NCBI RefSeq assembly: GCF_006345805.1
Contig: NC_043004.1
Span: 15,128,001-15,192,000, forward strand
Origin: Octopus sinensis
Taxonomy: Eukaryota
Reading direction: 5' to 3'
DNA length: 64,000 bases
The position numbers and the translations under genes are program-made. Shown here in pieces: positions 1 to 12,825 of the stretch (positions are counted from its first letter, which is position 1; each line of letters starts with the position of its first letter). The notes below the pieces were generated by a model. It was not told the DNA's origin and made no database searches. It saw only the letters and a program-made list of their open reading frames with translations.

Positions 1-1392
1 TGTTAAACGCTGGGTGATTCCAATCTATCGAAATGATTTATTATCAGGCGGCATTCAAGTCGAGAACACTAGGTGTTTTTCCGGGAAATTTATTGATGCT
101 ATATTATGCTATTATCTCCAGTCTATCGTATCTGCCTTTTTAGTTAGCATCTCAAACGATGATGTAGATGCTAACTTGTTGACTGATGCAGAGTAGTCGT
201 AATTTGAGATGCAGGAAATAAACGAACAAATTTAAGGATTGCTAGTTCAGAAATTGTAAGCTAAGAGAGAAATAGAATATTGCATATGAATATCTTGAAG
301 GAAGATAAAGATGATTGAAGTATATATAATTAAATTAGCCACAGACAACACAGTCAAATCTGTGCATAGCTGATAGAGTGTGGATTATTAGCCGAATATG
401 TCTAATATACACTAGGGGTTGAGTACAATAAACTACTGTTGACTATTATGTAAGTAAAATAAGGCATTCAAATCCAAAATAATCTCCTCAATACACAAAA
501 GAAAAAGAACCAATAAAAACGAACAACACATTCTCTAATATTGATTTTCAAAGAGAAACGATTTCATAAATAGACTAAATAGATTTTTCTTTTTATTTGA
601 AAAATATTTTCAAGTATTTTTATACATTAATTTTTAGCTTTTGTTTAATATCTTTTTCTGTGTAATTATATTGTTTAGAGCCCTGATGTGAGAGTAATAA
701 TGGACGAGATAAATGTAAATATTGAAAGAAAAAAGTAATCTTGTTTTCTTTTTTAATCATTATTTTCATCTAACGGCATTCTTGTAATCATAGTCCAATA
801 GGTCAACGGTCTAATATAATCAATTTCAGTAAACAAAGAACGTATAATCTTTATTATTTTCTTTTTCTTTAAGTTTCATTTTCTTCTATTAGCTTGTCAT
901 TTGGTATGCATATTGACAAAACTGAATTAATTTTATTTTTAATTTTAAAACTTCTCATAGGAAATAATAGAAGAACTTTCATAATAAGCATTGTGTTTTG
1001 AGGAGGACATTCTATTTATTTACGATGTGTGTTTGTAAATAAAAGAAACAGTAATCATTACTAAGATATTCAAATAAATAATATATATTATTTATGAGAA
1101 ACTGAAATATCGAATATAGATGAGCATTGTGGGTTCTATATAATTTTTTTCTGGGGAGTAAACAGGTTTTTACATATATCAGTTAGATATTGTTCGATGT
1201 AATTTCAATAGAGCATATCTATGCTCATGCACTCGTACACAGACGCATAAATGCCCACGCACATACATGTTTGTACATATTAGATAAGGAAATGAAAAGA
1301 AACAGTCAAAATCTTTGCCCATGTCTGTATTTTCTATAGAATTGATCTTATATTCAAAATATTTTCTGACAGATCGGTAGTTTACGTAGTCG

Positions 1393-1590
1393 ATAAGCTG
1401 TCAGAATCGTTAGCACGTCCGAAAAAAATAGTTTGCATTAGCTCGTCCATCTTTACTCTGAGTTCAAATGTCACCAGGGTCAACTTTACTTTTCATCCAT
1501 TCGGGTTTGACGAAATAGTACCAGCTGAGCACTGGGGTTCGATATAATTGTTTTCCCCTCCCCTTGAAAGTGCTGGCTTTGTGTCAAAAT
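1393..1590 (+). mobile_element. tRNA-headed SINE (family 1, Meta-like core), diverged copy
   Basis: AAGCTGTCAGAATCGTTAGCACG...CTGAGTTCAAAT...TTTCATCCATTCGGGTTTGACGAAATAGTACCAG aligns by eye to the better copies at 50095 and 60312. Confidence 0.75.
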
Positions 1591-3214
1591 AATATATTTT
1601 TGTAAGGAAACATTTTTTTTATAACGGATAATGTTTAATCTTCATATTTATGCCCTAATATTCCAAGGAGAACGCTTTTGTATTTTATTTTGCTTCGACA
1701 GAAGATGCTTTCAGTATATTATGAGATTGTTAAATATATTTATCTGAAACAACAAATTTTCCATACTTTAGAAATCTGCAAACTAAGATAAGAAAATGAA
1801 CACCGAAGAGTGACTGTAAATATTTTGTGGACAGTATCCAGTATCAATGATTGGTTTAAGCAGTGATATATATATATCAGCTAATTTATTTAGCTCTTAA
1901 TGTTTAGTCTGTTCTCAGATTACTCTGAAGCATGGATGTAGAGGTGACGTTACATGGCGCATTTTTTGTTTTTTTATTAGTTATAAGTTCAATAGTCTCC
2001 TGACCCGTTCAACATTATAGATGGGCACTAAACGAAAATTAGGTGAAAGAAATATAGCCACTATGATCAAATCTATAAACTATTACCGAAGTTTTGCCAG
2101 ATAATTGAGAACTGAAATGAAGGTAAGTATATAAAACATTGAATTTTGATACTTATAATACTTTCTGTCTCAGTACTAAATAAGACAATTCCTTCGTTTA
2201 CAAAATCGGGTATATAATAATGTAACACAATTTATTATAATTTAATTTATTCTCATCAAGGATGTTGTAGTTTTGGTGGCTTAAACGAGTTACGTCTACA
2301 CATGCATGGACTATAAGCTTAATATTCATTTTACCAAAGTGAAATATACTGAGACCATTACGGCAACAGTTGAATAATATACAAATACGAAATAAAAATA
2401 TTGACAAGAGACCAAACGTTAGAAAATTCACTACCGCAAACAGAGAACGTAAAACAATATTAACAATAGCTGCGAGCTATATATATCTTTTTATGAAGCA
2501 ATGGAGCATTATTTGGCCAACAAGGCCAATATATGTTGTGTAACTACACCTGTCATTCACATTATATTAGATGCCATTATAATAGGTGTTTCTTTACACA
2601 CATCGCATAGTGTAAATGTTTCTCCGAATGACATATATATTATACTTATTTTACTAGTATCACATCACACAATGAGGTACCGACCATTAAAACTAATCTT
2701 GGGGTTATATTGGACATGATTATGATAGTAAATTTCTTTGATCTAAAAAAGAATAAATGCCTTTGACATAAAAATTTCCCATATATTGCTGTTTTACGTA
2801 TTCTTTTAACACCTTGTAATGCATATAATATTTGCTATTATTATATGTGTACATTGATATAATTCTATCTACAAATACACTACTATAAAGCATCCTTTAC
2901 TTTATGCATATTGTAAATGATTATTTAAATAAATATTCAGTTATATCCAGGTGCCAAAATATTATGTTTTCTCTTCTGAGTAGTTATCTTACCGTTTCTT
3001 TTTCGCTTGTAGTTATTACAAGACATGAAAAAATGGTATTAGCACTGAGATAAGGGACCATAATACTTCTCGCATAAGTAACTTGCTGCTTTCAACTATA
3101 ATTTGTTTATGCTGTGTTCAATATTCGAGAAAACAAAATGTAATGAGACATTATACTACTAAATATCCGTACAAGTGTATAGCAGATATAAAATATTTAA
3201 CGTACATACCCACA

Positions 3215-3500
<286 letters not shown>

Positions 3501-4269
3501 TATGAGTGTATACTACTACTATTAGTGGGTGCAAGTGCGTATACGTGAATGTGTTTTTTAGAGAAGGGAAATTTAGTTTAAGCACACAGAACTTAAAACA
3601 ATAATATGCTGTATTTTCAATATTTTATTGGTGTTTTTTTTCATATTTATATCTGATTCCTCCTAGTTTTGTTTCTAATATAAGATTCCAGAATTCAATT
3701 GATCTTCTTAATTATATCTCCTGGTTCAAATGATTTTAATGGCTGTTCTTTTTGCTATTTTTTTTATTGCGGTCGAAGATCATTGGAAACATTTGTGTTT
3801 GTAGCTCATTCATTATTAGCAGACATTAATTTTTCTGACATTTACGTCAGGTTTCCATCAATAATCAGAAAATAGTTTGGCCATGGCGTATGATGTTAAT
3901 TTGCTGCTAAGTTTTACCTCGCTATTAATTTGGCTTCTACAACTAATCTTCTACTTTGGTGGCGTACCCTATAAAATATATTAGCGTTATAAGCTAATAT
4001 TTTTATTTCTAGTTTTATGTCTGGTGGTAAATGTTATATTATGTTATATTATAGCTGATGGATGACTTATGAGAAGCTATATGACTTATGAGGGGTATAT
4101 ATACGTCTAAAACGATGCTTTGTGATTTTACAACATTCATTTTTATAACTAAATTTGTAAATTAAATATCTCTCATCTGAAATTTGTTTGGGTGGTTTGC
4201 ACGCATGCAGTTTGTTCACCAGAATGGAAGATCACAATTTGTGTGTTTTGTAATATAGTTTTATGCTAG

Positions 4270-4352
4270 GTTATATTTGTGGAATGACTCATGCCTATTC
4301 TGCGATGAGATTACTAAAAAAGGTCGTGCAAATGGTAACTTTATTTTTCAAA
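4270..4352 (+). CDS. candidate internal exon (LYLWNDSCLFCDEITKKGRANGNFIFQ), product unknown
   Basis: TAG acceptor at 4267-4269, AA|GTAAGC donor at 4353, open frame, non-repetitive composition; no family recognised with certainty. Confidence 0.2.
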
Positions 4353-5776
4353 GTAAGCGCTGTAACTGTTTTGTGTTTTTTAATGAACGACCCTTATCTG
4401 GTAACATTTCTTTTTTTATCCTATTCTATTTCTTGTGCTGTTGCGTTTACAACAGTAATTCTTAAGTGACATGCTATAGGCACGTAGTGGGGTTTGTGGA
4501 AATGTTTTAAAGAACAAAGTTGTCATATGTGTGTTATTTGTCGTGTTATATGTATACCTAAATCTTCATTTAATTTAATTATATTTAACTTTTTGGTATT
4601 AGAAGTGGAATAATAGAAATATTTTTCTATATCATTTTGCTTTGTGTGCTGCGACTCGTGCCACAAACACACACATTTTGTACAACATAAACGCTTACAG
4701 ATATATCCCTTAGCTACATGCATGTGAAATTAGTTACAAAATATTATTCCTTATTAAATACAAATTAGTTTGATCTCAAAACAAATTAAAATAATCTCAC
4801 AACAATTATAACATCCGTGAGGAATATAAAATTTCTAATTAAGTAAATTCATGCAAGCTTCATTCTTATAACTTCGAGTAACAAAACAGTTGCATTTCCA
4901 GAAACAGCAATTCATGAATGACTATCAGAACATATTTCATTGCTTTATAATAATCATCTGAATTAGAAATACAAAACACAGATATTCTGTGCCAACGACG
5001 ATTGGTTAAATGAAACCATTCTACCGTCAACAGGACTTACTTTTATTTGTTAAGATACATTCAGTTCATACGTTGGATGTAAACATAAACGGACATATTT
5101 TATTGCCGTGTGCTTTTAACCTTTCGAAAATTGTTTCTATATATTTGTGTTCAAACTTCAAATTGTCACGGAAAGCTCCGAATTAGAAATATAATGCATG
5201 ATCCCTTAGTACCAAATTAAATGCCTTTATCTTCTTAAAAATCATGTAACAATAGATTCCTAATCTTGTAAAATAGAAAATGATTCAAGCATGCAAGTTT
5301 CAGTTGCAGAATGATCGTATGGGTCCCACTCAATTTCCTGTTTGATACTACTTGAAATACAATGATTTGTAGCTTGAGATAAGCTATTGTTGCTTAACGT
5401 AGTATTTTAGTTTATTTCTTCTATATTGTCATGTACTGCTAGGCATTTTATATCCTTACTTGTTCCCTTTGTGAGAAGCATTCCAATCTGCGGTTAACCA
5501 ATAAGAATATATTAAACTCTCCTGTGTTTAAAATGGTACAAACACGTACATGCAACAAATGTACACACGCACACACATGCATACATAAATATGCAAACAC
5601 TGCTAGAAAATTTCTTACAATGATCCAGATATTAAAGTATGGTTTTTGCTTAGTTTTGTTTTTGCTTAGAAATATTAGCATCTTTCCGCTCTCAAAATGT
5701 TCCCATCTCCAATGTGATCCAAAGGAAAGCAAGAATGGATATGATTTGTTTCCTGTGTTTTCATTGGTGCCCTCAG

Positions 5777-6026
5777 GTCATAAGATACCGAAAGAGAAAC
5801 CGTAAGGCATCTCGACCACCCCCAACAGATCCTTCGACTTTTGTATTATTTATCGAACAGGGACGCATTAAAATCACAGTTTATCTCGGCTCGAGTCAAA
5901 GGTCAGAGTGCAGAGAAATGGAATATTTATCGGAAAGTATTTTGTCCCCCAATCTAAAATATAAATCGATGGACAATCGATTTATATTCGAAGGATTTCA
6001 TCGGAATCTGTGTCTGAACCTATTCT
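5777..6026 (+). CDS. candidate exon, product unknown
   Basis: CCTCAG| acceptor, T|GTGAGT donor, 250 bp open in one frame (VIRYRKRNRKASRPPPTDPS...), higher GC than flanks; alternative splice sites at 5802, 5861. Confidence 0.2.
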
Positions 6027-7178
6027 GTGAGTAAGTTCTGCACGACATGTTGGCTTTTATGAGAGCATCTTTCCAATATAACCTAAATTGCGTAGTCCTG
6101 CATTCTTTCCACAAAGATAATACATTTTAGATTTTATTGAGAAATAAAATAGAAAAGCAACTTCTACAGTTCTTTAAGTTTTATATCTGATTCAATATTG
6201 AAGTTAACATGTACGAAAACCCAGTAAGTAGCTTTGAAACATTCACTTTACTTCAATACAAACGAAATTTTATGTGTCTATAAATTAAAATAATTTGACA
6301 TTTATTGAAATGTAAAGTTTTGATGTTATCTAGTAAGCGAAAATATATTAGAATATAAAACTGAAACGTTAAATGTATTTTAAATGTTCTTTTTTTTTAA
6401 ATATGTAGTGTTATGCGTTCTTTCTACATATCTAAACGTCACTGAACTTCAAATCACATTTTATCAAGCGGGAATAAAATCGTTGTAAAACGCTGAATAA
6501 ACGCCAAAGTTCGTGGTTGTAGTGCTATCATCTGGTCGTTCGATAGAACAATTAGATCTACTTATTCAGTGAGAAAGTGCAACCACATGGTAATAATATG
6601 AAATTATTACGACCAAGATTGAAGTTTGCTTAAAGCATATTAACACCTAATTTTTTACACGTTTAATGAAAACGTATTAAGGTTATAATTATATCGTACA
6701 CTTAAAAATGTGTATAAACTCAGCACAAGTGACGGCACGCATATACATGTATTTCGTCGTATGTGTGCGTATTCTGTTTATCTGAGTATATATCCGCCCA
6801 AGGGAAATATAAATGTATGTTTTTAGGACAAAGTTGATATTGAAGTAAATACGGTAGAACTGTTTATGTCTGTTTATCTGTGGCACTCCTGCAATGTTTG
6901 CTTTAAAACCATTCTTGGCAGATATCAATGAAAATCTAAAACAGAAAATCTTTAATTCAGGCGACAATTCTGTCTAGACAATAATCTCGTATCAAATAAT
7001 CATAGTTACAACATATCTGCCACGAAACTCAAAACTATGAAATCAACACAACTTTAGATAGAAATATTGTATTAGGAAAGTGTACAGAAAAATGAGACAG
7101 CATAAATATCTGAGGCAGATGCTGTTATTCGGGTGTCTCTGGAATCTGAGTGAAATATGTTGCAAAAGCATTTTTATA

Positions 7179-7438
7179 CTGGGTTGTCCGGAAAGTTCGT
7201 GCCGCGTTTACAGGAAAAGGTCAATAAATCCTTGCCATTATATTTTTAATCAACCAAATATGAACTATTTTGTTGCACAATGCGCCTCCATCTTTCCTTT
7301 AACTTGAAAATACCCTCTTCCCAGAATTGAGGTGGTTTCACGGCAAAGAATTCATCATGGTATCTTTTTACGTCATCCAAGGAATTCACACTTTTACCAT
7401 TAAGACTATTCTGCAGAAACCTGAATAGTGGAAATCTA
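7179..7438 (-). mobile_element. mariner (Tc1/mariner) transposon 3' fragment with one TIR
   Basis: minus strand encodes LFRFLQNSLNGKSVNSLDDVKRYHDEFFAVKPPQFWEEGIFKLKERWRRIVQQNSSYLVD*, a typical mariner transposase C-terminus; TA|CTGGGTTGTCCGGAAAGTTCGT terminal repeat at 7179; truncated at a CA/TA tract. Confidence 0.9.
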
Positions 7439-7449
7439 TACACACACAC

Positions 7450-7508
<59 letters not shown>

Positions 7509-7519
7509 ATATAAAAATA

Positions 7520-7706
7520 TGTAGGTCCCGGGTTGAGTCGGGGTTAACCACAGTAAATAAGGTACTCAATACATAGCAGATTAAATAAATTTATTTTATA
7601 GAAGGAGCTTCTACAGGACTAGAACTGTTTCATTCAAATGAAATCTTCAGGGGCTTCCTGAACATTTCATTTGAATGAAACAGTTCTAGTCCTGTAGAAG
7701 CTCCTT

Positions 7707-7712
<6 letters not shown>
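7520..7712. mobile_element. PLE-type terminal repeat with fold-back (117-bp palindrome), bounded by (TA)n on both sides
   Basis: 7596-7644 and 7664-7712 are perfect 49-bp reverse complements; each arm carries HHR core motifs; the minus copy continues to AATAAA and ends at (TA)n near 7515. Confidence 0.75.
7653..7701 (+). ncRNA. type I hammerhead ribozyme motif (core variant CUGAACA); mirror copy on the minus strand has intact CUGAAGA
   Basis: GCTTC-CTGAACA-TTTCATTTGAAT-GAAA-CAG-ttctagtc-CTG-TA-GAAGC: stem I GCTTC/GAAGC, stem III CAG/CTG, GUA cleavage triplet. Confidence 0.7.
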
Positions 7713-7784
<72 letters not shown>

Positions 7785-8894
7785 ATATATATATATTAAT
7801 ACATATGTCTATATATATTTGTGTATGTTTACACGTGTGTGTGTATGCGTGTGCTCTGTGTGAGAGGGAGATTGAAAGAATCAGATTTCGATTAAGAGAG
7901 AGAAGATGCATCCCGAAGAAAGAGAAAAAAAAACTAAAGAGTAACGGAGTAAAAGGTAAAACTGAAATTGTTTTTGCAGCTAACACCGACAAACCCACTA
8001 CAATGATGCGAAAGTTTGTGTAATGTTACAGAATCAATATGAAGTCCTATCAAAACGATGAGTAAAATTCTTCGCAAAAATAATTAGGTTACTTCAACAG
8101 AAACAAAAAAAAATACCTCACTTATGGAGCAGCAACATAAATAGACCTTTAGTAATCGTAATCATAAATGTGGCGTATACTCAGAAAATTTGTTACCTGT
8201 GCATTGCTATTCAGAAGCCATACGCTTCTATATTGATATACTTAAGAATGAAATGCTAGTGGCCAAATCTAAACCACAAGAATTAATTTGTAACGAATAA
8301 CAAAAGTGATTCAACTCTTTGTAGAAATAGCCCAGTGACAGCTACAACGACAGAGGAGAATACAATAGAAAATAGTCTCCTGTTGATGCACCAGCAGGGG
8401 ATTATCTTTTCTGACAAAAGCTGATTAACGTTCTAAAGTAGCCGGATAAGTGATAGCAAGAACATAAAGCAAGTCAGGATTTTATATATGAATACATAAA
8501 ATATGTAAATACGTAGGATTTTGTTAAAAAAAGTCTGCCAACAACATGTACATCATAAAACCGTTTGCATATATGCCTGTGTGCGTGCATATATATATAT
8601 ATATAAATATATGTTATGAGAGGTGATGGTGTCAATAAGGCCCAAATGTGTCAGGTAATGCTGAGTAAGTGCTATGAAGAGACTATAGTAAAGATCTAGA
8701 TTCAGTGCTTATGCGAATGAGGAGTCTAACGTAGCATGTGTATATATAAAAAAATTCAGAATGAGATGAAAATACAAGTCTCTGAAAGATTTTAGAACAT
8801 TTATAATTAGGTCTTACAGCTGTTTCCAAGATATTTTATATATCCGTTCATCGGAGCCGGTGTAAAAATTTATATTTATATATATATATATTAT

Positions 8895-9001
<107 letters not shown>

Positions 9002-9464
9002 GTAGTAGTAGAGTAGTAGTAGTGTAATGAACCTGTAGACACACATGTAGCAAATTACATTTGTATTTGAGGAAAAAATTACTAGCACACACACACAACA
9101 CAGAGTCATAGGTACGTGTACAAATCAATACACTTTGCTGTTATCCATCCAATGTAGATAAATTAATTGCTTGGTTCGATGTAATCGACTGAAACCTAAA
9201 ACCAATTGAAGAATAAAGGTAAATAAAGCAGCAATGAAATATAAAAGAGCGAGTATATGCATAAAAATCTATAAAGACTACCGTACATACAGATAAGTTT
9301 TTCTTGAAGGCTGATTCGTTTGCTCATGCTAAAGTTACAATAAGTGTTTTCACATTAAGTATTTAATTCAAACAGAAGCTGAAAGTATTTGTAATGAAGT
9401 GGTGGAGAGACTTACATTGTGTTTACGTAAGACCTCAAACACATTCATTGCGTATGTAGAGGTA

Positions 9465-9506
<42 letters not shown>

Positions 9507-9662
9507 ATATATTATATATATATATATATATAACACACACATGCACAGAGACATAAACACAAATACACATATATGTATGTTTACACACATCACATATGCT
9601 ATGTATACCTTTGGATACGCAATGAATATATATGTTTTTATATATGTGCCTGTGTGTGTGTT

Positions 9663-9700
<38 letters not shown>

Positions 9701-10390
9701 AGATAGAGAGAGAGAGTGAGATAGATAGATAGATAGATAGATAGAGAAATTGATAGACAGATAGATTGATTGATTTATAGATACACACATATATACGTCT
9801 ATACATAACCGCTTCTACACACACATGCACACTCACAAACATATGTATATACATACAAGGTTACGCATGTAAGTAACACTACTTGTAATTATGCACGGAA
9901 ATGTGTGTCAGTATGTAAAGCAATTTGAAAGTAAGCATAGTTTCTCAGAAATATAGCACACACGTATAAAATAAGGTAAAAATGCTTAAAACAAATGTAT
10001 ACAAACATACATATGAATCCTTTGCTGAGAGAAGATTCGTCTTGTTTAGCTCTGTCACTAAGCTAAGTGCCCAGTCAATAAATGAATCTAAATGCCATTA
10101 CTGAAATTGCTTTCTATCGACCTAGTGTTGATTGAGCAACGTATGAGGGAAGACGGCTGGTGGTAATTCGATTTAAGGAATATATTTTTGTCTCGTCAGA
10201 GAAGCAGAAGAATGTAAATAGTGAAGATGTTTGTCTGTAGAGAAGGATTTATATTTAAAAATATAAAAGGGAAAGAAAATGCACGCTGAAGTCGATGTTT
10301 GAAAAATAATTCATAAATATACTCAGGTGTTCTAGAGCTTTTCAGTTAAATTTAAATACACACACATACACACAATTAGGTGTTTATGTA

Positions 10391-10551
10391 TACTCTTTTA
10401 CTCTTTTACTTGTTTTAGTCATTCGACTGCGGACATGCTGGAGCACCGCCTTTAGTCGAGCAAATCGACCCCAGGACTTATTCTTTGGAAGCCTAGTACG
10501 TATTCTATCGTTCTCATTTGCCGAACCGCTAAGTTACGGTGAGGTAAACAC
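10391..10551 (-). mobile_element. SINE 3' half (family 2, tail GGCGGTGCTCCAGCATG...AAACAAGTAAAAGAG)
   Basis: homologous to 45170-45292 (+), 53912-54012 and 41120-41275; tandem (TAAAAGAG) tail. Confidence 0.85.
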
Positions 10552-11191
10552 AGTGCTGGTCAGTCAAAGTAGATTTGATGGAGCGAGTGGGCTAATGTAC
10601 AGTATATCTATTTGTTCACTATAAAAAAAATCGTTTATGCAAGTAGTATACCAAGAAATTACAAAGCCACCTTTCTCAGATTAGAGGACAATACCAACAC
10701 TCAAATATAAACAAACACACACACACACATGATACGTTAGTAAGTGAGTGCTTGAATGTGTGGGTATGCGTGTGCATATATGTTAATGTGCATGTGGACA
10801 CCGTACATGCATATAAACTGGTAAATTATGCATGATTTAATAAACATAGAGACACAGTTGATATGTAAATAGAGCAACAAGCAAATATAACTGCGAATGT
10901 ACTCTTAGATATTCTGATTACACTTAGATGTAGAAATACATGCATATATGCAAGAATACATAGAAATTTACGAAGACCTACGGCCTTCTTCTTTGCAGGG
11001 GTTATTTTGTACCATATTCTAATCCCTAATATTTATAGGCTTATTTACACCGAATTCCGTCTTAAGAAAAACGAATGCAAAAACCAAACAAAGAAACCCA
11101 AACTATTTAGGAGTCTTTAAATTCATATTGCGTAAACATGAACATCAATGTGAACACACACGCACATGCACACACACACACACACAAACAC

Positions 11192-11228
<37 letters not shown>

Positions 11229-11811
11229 AACATGTATACGTATCTATGCATCTATTGCTCTGTAAGTCTACACACATACACACACATACATATATATATA
11301 TATATAGAGAGAGAGAGGGGGGGAGGGAGAGAATGGGAGAGAGTTAGCGAATGACAGAGGGATCAGTAAATGTACATACATATGGATAAGTATTAAGGGT
11401 GTGATGGTGGAAGAAATACAAATTTGTCTCCATAAATACTGTATATTCTGTTTACAGAAAGAATTAATAGACAGAGAAAACCAAAAGACATTCGTATATG
11501 TGTTCTTTTAGGAAAGATCAATGCAATCTTCCCAGTTAAAATGAAAGAGAACATTTAACAACTTGTGCTTTCTCACGTGTAAATGGTTCGATTGGAACAG
11601 ACAAGATTGAGCAGCCAATAATATTATTCTCCGTTGAGTTCTTCTCGCTTAATGCTTCAGTCGCCTACTGGAATTGACGTATGAAATGAAACGTGAACTG
11701 AAATGTACATTTCGAATATTATGCACATATGTGCATATATGCTTGTAGTTCTCTATATATTCACTCATGCACTTTCTCACACAGACATAGACCTCTGTCC
11801 TGTCTGTATGC

Positions 11812-11893
<82 letters not shown>

Positions 11894-11975
11894 GTCTGTC
11901 AGTCTGTCTGTCTGTCTGTCTAGCTGTCTGTTTATCTATATGCATGTATATATATATATATATATATATAGATAG
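11812..11975. repeat. (ATCT)n/(GTCT)n/(TA)n compound microsatellite
   Basis: direct reading. Confidence 0.97.
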
Positions 11976-12372
11976 ATATATTTAAATAGATGCACTCACA
12001 CTTTCTGTCTTTCCGTATGCATATCTATGTCCGTATGCATGCACGTATGCACGCACGGATTCATATGTATTTGTGTGCGTGTACATATATTTGGATATAT
12101 ATGCATATATATTGGTGTGTATGTGTGTGTGTATAAGAGTGTGCGTACCTCAATCTAGATAGTGATTAATATTTCCATAATACATTGTGTTCTGAGAAAT
12201 TCAAAGAACAAAAGGGCATAATTATTACTATGTCTAGTCTTCCATAATTTTCATAAACTTCTATATTGTTTTATCACGATTATGTTAGCATTGGATACGA
12301 TATTTTTGGCTACACATTTTAAAGTGTTTTTGACGGAGGATAATTCGAGCATAATGATTTTTATTTCAACAG

Positions 12373-12585
12373 ATAGATATAATTATAATAATGCTAACAT
12401 TTTGGGATATTTCTCTTATTGCAATGACAAACAACAAGAAACGAGATTTAAGCCATATTCTTTTGATATGCAGTATTACACTATTGAAGTGACCACAAGT
12501 TATGTTTGTCCTCTGTTTTATAATGGAATATATAATTACAGTATACTTAAATGGAATGCTAATGAAATACGATTGACTCGCGTGT
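12373..12585 (+). CDS. candidate exon encoding a Cys-containing luminal domain, possibly MRH-like
   Basis: strong acceptor TTTTATTTCAACAG; lies within a 131-codon stop-free frame; YFSYC...YTIEVTTSYVCP matches the spacing of the MRH domain C-terminal strand (Y-x-hydrophobic-E-hydrophobic-x-S/T-x-Y-x-C-P); donor uncertain (12540 or 12585). Confidence 0.35.
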
Positions 12586-12670
12586 GTATGTATAAGATAT
12601 ACATATGTAATAACAGACATGTAATTCTCAGACTTCTTTTTTTCTCACCGGATATTTTCCCTCTATCCTC

Positions 12671-12700
12671 TTTCTGACGAAGAGCCATGCTCGAAACTTA
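12671..12700 (+). ncRNA. minimal hammerhead core relic (PLE type), stem I lost
   Basis: CTGACGA-A-GAGC-cat-GCTC-GAAA-CTTA; same layout as 54271-54310 and 29361-29472. Confidence 0.55.
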
Positions 12701-12743
12701 ACACAACCTTGTTTTTTTCTTCTATTTTTGCTTTCATTTTTAG

Positions 12744-12825
12744 AGTTAATTGTGTCTATGTGATTATTGCAGGACCTATAGTTGAGAGTGACTATGTGAA
12801 ACTATGGTCTGAGGAGGTGATCTAA
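12744..12825 (+). CDS. candidate terminal exon (VNCVYVIIAGPIVESDYVKLWSEEVI*)
   Basis: long polypyrimidine tract plus TAG at 12741-12743, one open frame to TAA at 12823-12825; alternative acceptor at TTGCAG 12772. Confidence 0.25.

Noticed and set aside
14-196. 60-aa ORF, or a minus-strand terminal exon, at the window start
   Set aside because: Short, no homology recognised, and the context is cut off by the window edge
2262-2719. Hydrophobic frames resembling GPCR or Cys-loop transmembrane segments (AWTISLIFILP, RERKTILTIAA)
   Set aside because: They need stops and frameshifts to join, have no diagnostic motif, and are expected from AT-rich DNA
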